A DNA stretch of 63,544 bases, the filler included, from Chiloscyllium plagiosum (Eukaryota): assembly GCF_004010195.1 (NCBI RefSeq). It is 4 parts of one record of this genome, joined end to end, with 100 filler letters (N's around TTAATTAATTAA, not from the genome) between each part and the next. Parts side by side here need not be neighbours in the genome. Positions count along the whole stretch, not along the records: positions 36,295 to 56,728 come from NC_057717.1; positions 56,829 to 63,544 come from NC_057717.1; 2 more parts are not named here. One strand, 5' to 3'. Below are positions 51,345-62,249 of this stretch, piece by piece. The notes beneath the pieces are model-generated. The model was not told the origin of the DNA and did not search any database. It saw nothing but the letters and a program-made list of their open reading frames with translations. The stretch's first letter is position 1, and each line of letters opens with the position of its first letter. A program made the translations under genes and the position numbers.

Positions 51345-53065
51345 AAAATAAAAATTCAACATTGGAGAACACAATGTTGAGTTTTCCGGCTGTCGGCTGC
51401 CCAGGCAGAAGAGGTGTTTCTGTGGTTTGGTTCGTTGTGACAATAGAGCAGGCAAAGAATGGTAGTATCGGAAACAGAGTGGGAAGAGGAATTAAAATGG
51501 ACGGCAACTCGGAGGTCCACCCGACCCCCGTGTGCCCAGCTGAAAAGTTCAGGAAGGCATTCGCTTTTAACATGTTTGGTCTCCCCGATGGAGACAAGAC
51601 CACAGTGTAAACAGTTGATAAATTAATGAGATTGAAAGAGAGACATCTGAACCTCTGTATCATCTGCAAGGGTAGTCTGGGGCCCTCTCTGTAGCCCTGG
51701 TTCTTGGTAGGCCGGCAGGTATTTCATCTTTTGCGGTAACAGGGGATGGTACTTGGGAGTTCGTTGGGGGAATGGAACAGTGGTTGTTGGGGAAAGTGGC
51801 GCAAAACAAGGAATGAACATTGTGTAAAGCACATAGGAGTGGTGGGGGGGAGATGTATTTAGTGGAAGGGTCTAGTTAGAGTTGGCAGACGTGTAAGCAG
51901 GATACCGTATGGTCGCAGATATTGGTGGGACGATTGGAGAGGACAAGGGGGACTCTACCATAATTACATTCAGAGTGGGTGATTAGAGCATCAGGACAGG
52001 AATTGATGTGGTGTGATGGTTCGCTGTCTGGATGATATAGCGGAGTGATCTCAGTTTTCCAAATAGGTGGACATCTCGCCCTATCTCGACTCCAACATCG
52101 CTCCCGAAGTCAGGCAAATCGCACCTACATCTGAGACACTAAAGTCGCCCTCCATCTCTTCAGTAACTTTCAGATACCCAGTCCCTGGCGTTATATCGTC
52201 ATTATAGACGTGCACTCCTTATAAAGTCGATATGACACAAGGATGGCCTTCAGACCTTCAGATTCTTCCTCTCCAACAGACACATCCAGCCCCACTCCAC
52301 TAACATCATCCGCCTTTCCGCTCAAATAGTCCTCACCCTTAATAAACTTTCCTTTAACTCCTCCCATTTACTCCAAATCCAAGGGGGTGATCATGGACTC
52401 CCGGATTTGCCTAGCTTTGTCTAACTCATTGTCAATTATATCGAACAGTCCCTCTTCTCTTCCGATACCGGCAGTGTACCCCACTCTTTCGCCGTTACAT
52501 TGATGACTGCATCGGTGCCGCACCCTACACGCAGGATGATCTGGAGCAGTTATAGAACATAGAACATAGAATAATACAGCGCAGTACAGGCCCTTCGGCC
52601 CTCGATGTTGCGCCGAATCAAGCCCACCTAACCTACACTAGCCCACTATCCTCCATATGCCTATCCAATGCCCGCTTTAATGCCCATAATGAGGGAGAGT
52701 CCACCACTGCTACTGGCAGGGCATTCCATGAACTCACGACTCGCTGAGCAAAGAACCTACCCCTAACATCTGTCCTATACCTACCCTCCCTTAATTTAAA
52801 GCTATGCCCCCTTGTAATAGCTGAAATCCACATCGCCCACAAATTCCACCCTCCCTTCAAATAAATATGGTCATTCTTGGACACGATCCCCCCATTTCTT
52901 GTCCTCTCCCTTTCCATCTCTGGCAACAGTCTCCATGCAGAAGTTTACTACAAACACACAGATTTTTACAACGAACTGGAGTACAGTTCCTTTCTGACAA
53001 TACCCTGCAAGATCTCCATCCCGTTCTTCCAATTCCTCCAACTCGGCCCCATCTGCTCGAATCAA
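51345..53065. mobile_element. Penelope-like element remnant: GIY-YIG on minus (51345-51960), RT on plus (52020-53065)
   Basis: CGTTACATTGATGAC (RYIDD) at 52493-52507, and ISGNSLHAEVYYKHTDFYNELEYSSFLTIPCKISIPFFQFLQLGPICS. Confidence 0.85.
52552..52823 (-). mobile_element. Young CR1 (HER1-like) 3' fragment inside the PLE RT
   Basis: (CATAGAA)n tail; nearly identical to 460-735 and 9913-10180. Confidence 0.92.
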
Positions 53066-56000
53066 TCGGGAGATTATTCATATACTCCAAGATACTTAGT
53101 CTTTGAAATTCTCGTGAAACCATCGTATTTATTTTGTGAGTTAAGCTCAGCTTCTGGTCAATGGCAACGCCCGATATGCTGCTTGCGAGCAATTTACTGA
53201 TTGCATTGTTTTTGAATGTCAAGGCGCCAGAGCCGCTTTCAACAGAGATGGCGATTGCTCGCACCATTTGTGATGCAAATGTTACTTGACCCTTGTCAGG
53301 CCAAGCCTGGCTGGCTGTCAAGACTTGATTCATTTGGATCTGGACTGACTTGTGATTGAGGAATTGAGAATTGTAATTCACACGTACTTGCATATCACAA
53401 CTAATCGTGAGGGGCGGGGGAGCTTACAAATTGTTTTTTTTTTCATTTACCTGCTGCCTTTGCCTATATAGATGTGTTTGGAAGCTGCTGTCTAATATGC
53501 CGTGGTAATCTTCGGAAGTGTTTCTTTGAGATGGTAGTCACTGTAAAAAAGAAGCATAAGTGGTGGAAGGGTTTGATTTCTGTGAATGTAATGGCAATCA
53601 AGTGGCCTTTTTTGTGTCGGTATTTTCTGCAGGATCTTCCAACATACTTTTGACACCCATGTTACAGATTGTGGACAGGCTTTGAAGAGTCAGGAGATGA
53701 GTTTATCACTGTTGGATTGCAAAACTCTGACTTATCCCTGAAGCTACATTTATGTTTTTGACTCGTTAATACAGTTTCTGGTTAGTGGTAATTTCTCCAA
53801 TATACTGTAAGAAACCTGTTGGGGATGCAGTAATGATAATCGCATTGAATATTAAGGGAGAGGTGGTTTGATTATTAATATGCTTGGCTTTTGTCTAACC
53901 TGTTATTTATCACTTGTTGTTCCAAGCCTGAATAGGTTCCAGGTTTTGTTGCATTCAAACCGGGACTGTTTCAATATCTGTTGAGTCATATTATCAGCGA
54001 ACATTCCCATGTCTGACCTGATGATGGAAGGGAGATCACTAAAGCAGTTGAGGATGGTTGAGGCTCGGACACTCTGTCTCCAGAGGAATGGCTGCAGGGA
54101 TGCAATGGATTATGAATTACTGACACTAACAGCAAACTTTTTATAGCAATGATTACTCCAACCAGCAGACATTTCTTTCCCCAGATTCCGATTAACTATA
54201 ATTTTACTCAACTTCCCATTGTCTGAGTCTATCAAATGGTGCCTTAATATTCAGAGTATTTACTGTCACTTCGCTTTGGAAATTGCACTCGTTTGAATTG
54301 AGCTCGTAATATGATCAGGAGATGCGTGACCCTGACTGAACACTAATTGAGCCTCACTCAGCAAGTTATTGCTGAATGATCACATTATTGTTGACAACTT
54401 GCTTCTCATTTATGTGGCAGGCTGTACACTGTCCAGTCGGTGACTGCCAGCAAAGTGATACTTCTTACTGTGTACAAGATATATTTTGGTAATTAATAAT
54501 ATTGTTGGTACATGTCTGTGTTCTTTATGTACTGGACCAGCTTGGAGCGACATGTACCAATTTCTAGAGTTGGATGCAATGAAGGCCGACAGGATATCAC
54601 AGTTTCCAGTGTTTCCAGCCAATTCTTGATACCGTGTGGAGTAAATCTAACTGTCCAAAATTGGCATCAGTGATGTTCGTGTTATGGACGAGGCCAGACG
54701 ACTCAAAATATTTTAAGCAGATAGCCCAGACTATTTATTTAGCTAGGTGTACCGTGGATATTCCCAGTGTAAATTAGTTGGGTCTTCTGCCGGGTTTTAA
54801 ACAAACAAGATGCATTTATAAAATTATGGAATGAATGACAAAGAACACAAAACAAAATACGACCTAACTTATCCTATGATCAGCTATGATCATAATGAAT
54901 GGTGGAGCAGGCTCGAAGGGCAGAATGGCCTACTCCTGCATCTATTGTCTATTGTCTATCCAAACTAGGGTTAATTATGCTGTTCCAAAAATACGTGCTG
55001 CAGACCCAATAAACAATCCACTTAAACACAAAGGGAAAATACAGGTTCAAACTTCGAACTTACAGGTCGAAGTTAGAAGGGCAGAAGGAAACAGAGAAGT
55101 TCCAGGCTCAACTGTGAATGACTCCCGCAGCCTTTCTTCACACTCACAGCTGCTGAACTTCCCAAATGACTCTCAGCTGCCACAATTGTCCACACCTCTT
55201 TCAAGAGACAAGCTATTTCCATAACGTGAAAGCTATTTGCCTGCGGTGTCATCTGCTTAGGGGCAAACAATGAGAACCCCAATAAACCATTCATCTCTGC
55301 ACCAATGCAGCCGTTTCGGAACTTTGACTGTTTCAAGACACTTCTTGAATAAAAAATCAAGGGCACAGTAACCTTGGAAGGGAACCACTATGTTGACAGT
55401 GAGACCACAAGAAGATATTGAAATGAGTCACCTGTTCCAGATGCTTCAGCATTAATCTTGCTCTGACGTTTTGTTTTCCTCCAAAACTGAGGATGTCGGT
55501 TTTGGAGAAGCCTCCTCCTCCAGTAAGTCTGTTTCATGGTCCACCCTCTTTTACGAATAAATATGGGAGGACCACAGAGCTTCTGTCTGCTGCGTTGATT
55601 GCGAGATCACTCAGCTCTGCCGATCACTTGCTAATCTTGCAGTTTGACAGGCGAGACGGCCTGTTTTGTTTCTGATGACAGTGTCTCTGGGCAATCACCT
55701 ACCAATTTGGTTCTGACTTGTTCTATTCCTGGCATGGCCTCCTGCACTCTTCATTGAACCAGCGTGGATTCCCGACTCGATGGTAAATGGAAAGTGGGAG
55801 ATATGCCAGGCTGTGAAGTTGCAGACTGTGTGAGTTGCAAAGAACATGAATCTACAGCTACTGATGCACCACTGCGTCTCACAGGTGCCTCGTAGTTAAT
55901 TGCTCGATCCGTTTTAATTCTGTCCCATACAGCAGACGGGGGCTACTTGACTACTAGAACACGGGAGGATAGCCCTTACTACCCACAAGGACTATGCGGT

Positions 56001-56728
56001 TCTCACATGATGTCTTAAATGAAGATCAGCATCAGCAGCAGGCAGAATGTTGTCAAGTGTGTGTTTTCCTGCTATTCAGGCTTTTCTGAAAGTCATTTTC
56101 AACAGCTGTGCTGACTGCAAGATGGCAGATTCACAAATGAACTTGAATCAGCTATTTACTACAGTGAGTACATTGTGAAATAAGCCCCTTTGTACTCTAG
56201 TGACTTAATTATTGTTTAATAATTCTCAACTGAAAAACGAGAACGCCTGTTTTATTTTAAAATATGTAAGAACTAAGGTTATGTTAACTCTTCCTTGTTA
56301 AAGAAAGATCATAAAGGTTTTCCTGCTATTGATTCTCCTGTAATCTATCACATGGTAATCTCGCAGCCACAGAATCCATCATCAATGTCCACCACGAAAT
56401 TGACTATTTACTAAGCAGCAATCGCTTCTGCCTCACACAGTCCTGTCAGAGGGATAAGACCTACCAGAGAGGATGATGATGTCGCCTAGAACATTGTCTG
56501 TAAAATAGAATTCTGTGAATATGACTTTATCTAACTGCTGTTTGGTTATACTGCAAGAAATATTCTTTAGGTCACCTTTATGATCTTTCTTTAACAAGGA
56601 AGAGTTAACATAACCTTAGTTCTTACATATTTTAAAATAAAACAGGCGTTCTCGTTTTTCAGTTGAGAATTATTAAACAATAATTAAGTCACTAGAGTAC
56701 AAAGGGGCTTATTACACAATGTACTAAC

Positions 56729-56828
56729 NNNNNNNNNNNNNNNNNNNNNNNNNNNNNNNNNNNNNNNNNNNNTTAATTAATTAANNNNNNNNNNNNNNNN
56801 NNNNNNNNNNNNNNNNNNNNNNNNNNNN
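56729..56828. other. Artificial scaffold linker
   Basis: 44N-TTAATTAATTAA-44N. Confidence 0.9.
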
Positions 56829-56849
56829 TCAGCTTTACCATGTCTTGGA

Positions 56850-57440
56850 TGGAACAGAGATGGCCATCCACCAGATGAAGAAGACTGCAGCTGCAAATAG
56901 ATCTCCCTGTGAGGCATTCATGCGTGAAGCACTGAGCTCCCAGTGCAGTTGAATTCCCTTGTCTGAATGATCTGGAAGGTGGAGAGCATCCCAAGAGAGC
57001 TCCCAGATGACAAAGTCATTAGTGCTTTCAAAAAAGGCAACACGTCAGACTGTTGTAACCCCAGGGGAACATCCTTGATGTTGACCATTGGAAACTCATT
57101 ACCAAAGTCGTTTTCAACTGTCTCTTCCCTGTGGCTCAGGAACTCCTCCCAGAGTCTCAGCGTCAGTCAACCATAGTCGAGCACAATGGACATGGTTTTC
57201 ACTGCTGTATATGTCCCTCTTGAACCTTATAAAGTCCTTTGACACCATCAGTTGGGAAGCGTTTGTGGAACATTCTTCTCCACTTAGTTGCAGCTTGAGG
57301 TTTGTAACTATCCTTCGACACTTCCACAACTGTACGTAAGTAATCATAATGACAAACGGCTTCAATGTCTACCCAGTCGAGCAGGGTTGTGTCATCGACT
57401 TAACACTGTTCTGAATCGACCTTGCTGCGGGATGTCATTG
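56850..57440 (+). mobile_element. RTE-clade LINE RT fragment (copy A)
   Basis: IWKVESIPRELPDDKVISAFKKGNTSDCCNPRGTSL; LNLIKSFDTI. Confidence 0.75.
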
Positions 57441-57556
57441 GCGACAATCTGCCCAGTTTTGAGCCCAGGTGGATTTTATTGTAGTCCTGTATTTTTGCTG
57501 TCCCAGAAGCTCTTGTTGGGCTTCAGTGTGTGGGTTAAGATACTTTTCTTTGAAGT

Positions 57557-57867
57557 GGGCAGCATAGTGGCACAGTGGTTAGCACAGCTGCCTCTCAGCA
57601 CCAGAGACCTGGGTTCCATTCCTGCCTCAGGCAACTGTCTATGTGGAGTTTGCACATTCTCCCCGTGTCTGCATGCGTCTCCTCCGTGTGCTCCAGTTTC
57701 CTCCCACAGTCCAAAAATGTGCAGGTTAGGTGAATTGGCCATGCTAAATTGCCCGTAGTGAGGGGGTAAATGTCGAAGAATGGGTCTGGGTGGGTTGCTC
57801 TTCGGAGTGTTGGTGTAGACTTGTTGGGCCGAAGGGCCTGTTTCCACAGTGTAAGTAATATAATCTA
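57557..57867 (+). mobile_element. HE1-type SINE, full length
   Basis: A box TGGCACAGTGG, B-like GGGTTCCATTCC, HE1 body and AATCTA tail. Confidence 0.92.
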
Positions 57868-58622
57868 TGAGCAGATGTACTATCTCTGGATTTTAACAAG
57901 TGTTGTTCCTTTCCCAGGAGTGTTCAATAGCAACAAAGCAGAAAGCATTTTTTTATTTAGTTGAAAAAAGCTAATGCTGGAGATCACAGTGGGTCAGGCA
58001 GCATCCATGAGAGCAAGCTAAGTTTTAGTGTCTGGATGATTCCTCATCAGAGCTGTTCATTTATTGTTTGCTTTCTGTGATTTGCTTAAGTTTAGTTTTA
58101 TATTAGCCCCGTGTGGCCCCTGCCCACGAATGCTTGGTGGGGACTGAGTCCAGGGAGAGCCAGTTTTTGATTGTTTATTTCCTTCTGACTTTGCCCAGAG
58201 GAATAGTATGTTTTTTTTGTTTTAGAATTTGAAAGCAGGTTTAGTTTCTGTTTTAAGATCAGAGTGTATACCCAGTGTGGTACCTGATCTGGGAATGTCT
58301 GTTGCAGGCAGTGGGGGTTGTTTTTCAGGCTGGAGGCCTGTGAGGAATACAGGAATGGGTGCTGGGTCCAATGCCATTTTTCATTTACGTGATAGATTGC
58401 AATGAGAATATAGGATGCATGGTTTGTGAGGAACGGAAGGTGGAGTTTAATTTTAATAAATGCAATGAGTTGCATTTAGGTAAGAGGGACAGGACAAGAC
58501 TTACACAGTTCAAGGTAGGGCGTGTGGAGTGTTGTCAAACAGAGAGACCTAGGGGTTGGCAGAACGTCTTGGTGGCCATGTACATCGATCCCTGAAATTT
58601 CCCACCCAGCTTTTCTTGGTAG

Positions 58623-58790
58623 TCATGATTTGGAGATGCCAGTGTTGGACTGGGGTGTACAATGTTAAAAATCACACAACACCAGGTTATAATCCAACAG
58701 ATAGTCACCTGATGAAGGAGCATCGCACCGAAAGCTAGTGTGCTTCCAATTAATCCTGTTGGTGTATAACCTGGTGGTGTGATTTTTAAC
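58623..58790 (-). mobile_element. 168-bp inverted-repeat mini-element, same family as 48127-48403
   Basis: Perfect TSD TTTCTTGGTAG at 58612-58622 and 58791-58801. Inverted arms 58664-58700 and ~58755-58790. Confidence 0.85.
58706..58740 (+). ncRNA. Minimal type I hammerhead motif (one stem II mismatch)
   Basis: CAC-CUGAUGA-A-GGAGC-AUC-GCACC-GAA-AGCU-A^GUG. Confidence 0.72.
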
Positions 58791-59984
58791 TTTCTTGGTA
58801 GAGGTATTGAGTTTCTGAGCCATGAGGTCATTTTGCAGCTGGTGCGGCCGCACTTCGAGTATTGTGTGCTTTTCTGGTCACTGCATTATAGGAAGGATGC
58901 AGAGTGATTGGAAAGGGTTCAGAGACGATTTATTGGGATGTTGCCTGGTATGAAGGGAAGTTCTTATGAAGAAAGGCTGAGGGACTTGAGGCTGTTTTCA
59001 TTAGAGAGAAGAAGGTTGAGAGGTGACTTAATTGAAATATCTAAGGTCATCAGAGGATTCAGGGTGGAGAGTGAGAGCCTTTTTCAGCAGATGGTGAAAG
59101 CTCACACGAGGGGATACAGCTTTAAATCGAGGAGTGATTGATACAGGACAGTTGTCAGAGGTCGTTTCTTTCCTCAGAGAGTTGTACAGGTGTGGAATGC
59201 CCTGCCTGCGACCGTTGTAGACTCACCAAATTTATGGGCATTTAAATGGCCATTGGACAAACTATGGATGAAAATGAAATTTTGCAGGATAGATGGGCTT
59301 CAGTTTGGTTCCACAAGTCATCGCAACATCGAGAGTTGAAGGACCTGTGCTGTGCTCTAATGGTCTCTGTTCTATGTCCTGAACATACATGCATATAACA
59401 TGACAGCTGCAAATTCTCAAGTGGCCAGTCTCAAAACATATCCAGCCCCTCAGAACATCTGGCAAGGCTGTCCGAACCTGTGCGTTCTTCCAGCCTGTCC
59501 AGCGTGGAAGAAGTCACAGAGGGCGAGATGTAAGCAGCAAGTGTCTCAGCCTTGACACCTTTACCCACCAGCGGAAGAAGATAAATCTTTTCTGAGACGC
59601 AAGAAGTGGGCCACAGTACAGCACATGGCACCATTGGCCAAGCCAGAGTCCGAGGGAGTTGACCTTGTGGGAAAATGTCTCAGGATATGTGACAGGAAGG
59701 AGAATGGGCCCATGTCCCAGGGCTTAGAGGAGGTTGGAGGTAATGCTTGGAATGTAGTCACCCAGTGAACCTCAGTAAATATTATTCCCCTGGTTGGGGC
59801 CCTTCACCTGGTCCAAGCAAGGAGTCCTGACTGGCAGGTACGTCAGTGGTTCTGCTCACTCGTGGAGACATCTGTGTGAAGGCTAGGTCCGTGTCATGTC
59901 CTGTGCACGTGTAAATTGTTGACATGCATCCCACAGCATGTTGCATGCAAGGAGCTCAGCAGTAACCAAGTCTGAGATGCGACA

Positions 59985-60590
59985 TAGAAGACTGTCCTCC
60001 ATCTTAAGAATGAGACTGTGGGTGCAAGTGGTACTCCCCCTGAGTGCGGAGATACTGAGCTCCCAGTGTAGCTGCATACCCTTGCCTGCCTTGCCTGGAA
60101 GGAGGAGAGCATCCCAGGAGAGTTACCAGATGCCACAGTTGTGAGTGTTATCAAAAAATGGAACACGTCAGACTGTGGTAACTCCAGGGGAATATCCTCA
60201 ATTTTGAGCATTGGAAAACACATCACCAAGGTCTTGTTCAACTCTCTCATCCCAGTGCCTGAGGAACTCCTCCCAAAGACTCAGTATCACTTTCTGCCAC
60301 AGAGGAGAACATTGGACATGATTTTCACTGCTGCGTATAACGTTCTTGGACCTTACAAAGGCTTTTGACACCATCAATCAGGAAACATTTTTGAAGTGTT
60401 CTTCACCACTTTAGTTACACCATGAAATTTGTCACCACCCTTCCCCAGTCCACAATGACATATATGTCATCATAATGACAAATGGCTTCAACATCTGCCA
60501 TTTGCCCCTTTGAACTGGTGGCAAGCAGAGCTGTGTCATCACCACAACACTCCTGAACCTACATTGCTGCAGGACCACTCCACCGACACT
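59985..60590 (+). mobile_element. RTE-clade LINE RT fragment (copy B)
   Basis: IKKWNTSDCGNSRGISSILSIGKHITKVLFN...LLPKTQYHFLPQRRTLDMIFT. Confidence 0.78.
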
Positions 60591-60896
60591 TACTCCAAGG
60601 GGGCTTTTGTTTTAGTCCTGCACTGTTGTTGTCCCAAAAACTCTTGATGAGGTTCAGTTGAAATGAGCAAGTGTACTTCCTCTGGATTGGAAACCATTGT
60701 TGTTTATTTCCCAGGAGTGTTCAATAGTGACATAACAGAGAGGTATTATTTGTTGATAAAACCAAATGCTGGAGATTACTGCATGTCAGACAGCATCCAT
60801 GAGAGAGAGAAAGCTAGGATATAGAGTTGAGATGACTCCTCATCAGAGCTGTTAATTTATTGTTTGTTTTCTTTGATTTACTTGAGTTTCTTTTTA

Positions 60897-61480
60897 TGAG
60901 GCTGCAGGTGCAATTGGTATTCCCCCTGAGGCATTGAAGTGGATGGGCACTGAGCTCCCAATGCAGCTGCATGCCCTTGTCTGCCTTATCTGGAAGGAGG
61001 AGAGCATCCCAGCTCCCAGATGCCACAGTTGTGAGTGTTTTCAAAAGAAGAGAACTTGTGAGACTGTGCTAACTACAGCAAAATCTCCCTGATATCGACC
61101 ATTGGAAAACGTATCGCCATGATCCTTGTCAACTGTCTCCTGCCTGTGCCTTAGGAACCCTTCCCGGAATTTCTATGTGTACTTCAGCCCCAGACGGGAA
61201 CAAAGGACATGATTTTTACTGTTATATAGGGTGCTCTTAGAACTTTCAAAGGCCTTTGACACCATCAAACAGGAAACAGATGTGGAGCGTTCTTCTCTGC
61301 TTTAGTTGCATCATGAAACTTGTCACCATCCCTCACCTGGTCCAGAACGATGTGTAAGTCATTTTAAAGACAAATGAATTCAATACTGACCCATTCTGCC
61401 TCTGAACCGGTGTCGAGTAGGGTGATATCATCACCACAAAACAGCTCTGAATCTACCTCACTGCAGGACCTCACCTCAGA
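60897..61480 (+). mobile_element. RTE-clade LINE RT fragment (copy C)
   Basis: Aligns by eye with copies A and B (GGAGAGCATCCCAG...CCAGATGCCACAGTTGTGAGTGTT). Confidence 0.75.
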
Positions 61481-62249
61481 TAAGCTACCCACTTTTAGGC
61501 CAAAGGGGCTTGTATTGAAGTCCTGCAATGTCGCTAACGAGAAACACTTGATAGTAGTCAGTGTGAGCAGTACATTGTTTTCAGTTGAAATGAGCAGGTG
61601 TCCTTCCTCTGGATTTTTAATCATTCCCAGATACCCTCCTCAGGACTGTTCAAATGAACAAATGCTATAGATTACAGCTGGTCAGACAATATACATGAGA
61701 GAGAGCAAGATAAGATTTTGTGTCAAGGTGACTGCGCATTTGAGCTGTTCATTTGTTGTATGTTTTATTTGACCACCTTGACTTTATTTTTATTTTGGCA
61801 CCGTGTGACCCAAGCCCAGGAGTGGTTGGTGGGCACAGGGAGATCCAATTTTTGATTGTTTATTTTCTTCTGTTTTTCCCTCGAGGAAAAGTGTGTTTTT
61901 TTTGTTTTACAAAGTGAAAGCCGCTTGTGTTTCTGTTTTGGAAGAGTAGAGTACTATGCCTATTCGGGCGAGTGTGTTGCACAGACTGGGTGTTGGTTAT
62001 CAGACTGGAGGCTTGTGATCAATATATGAATTGGTGATGTGTCCAATGTCGTTTGTCATTTATGTAAAGGATTTGGATGAGAAAATAGGACACATGGTTT
62101 GTGAGGAGTGGTAGGTGGAGTATAATTTGATACATGCAAAATGTTGCATTTTGGTATGAAGAACAAGCCAAGACCACATTTGGAACGGCCTGTAGAGTGT
62201 TGTCGAACAGAGAGTCCGAGGGTTGACAGAACCTCTACAGTGCCCAAGT

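Larger units (their letters stand above)
49179..56728 (-). repeat. Right arm of the inverted segmental duplication
   Basis: Reverse complement of 37275-44089, with extra segments at ~52505-52870 and 56077-56316. Confidence 0.95.
58320..59377 (+). mobile_element. CR1 LINE 3' part, degenerate
   Basis: Encodes ERVQRRFIGMLPGMKGSSYEERLRDLRLFSLERRRLRGDLIE. Ends in a TTCTATG tail. Confidence 0.88.

Noticed and set aside
59440..59900. GC-richer segment possibly part of another Harbinger Myb gene or a host exon
   Set aside because: No recognisable motif and no sustained open frame.
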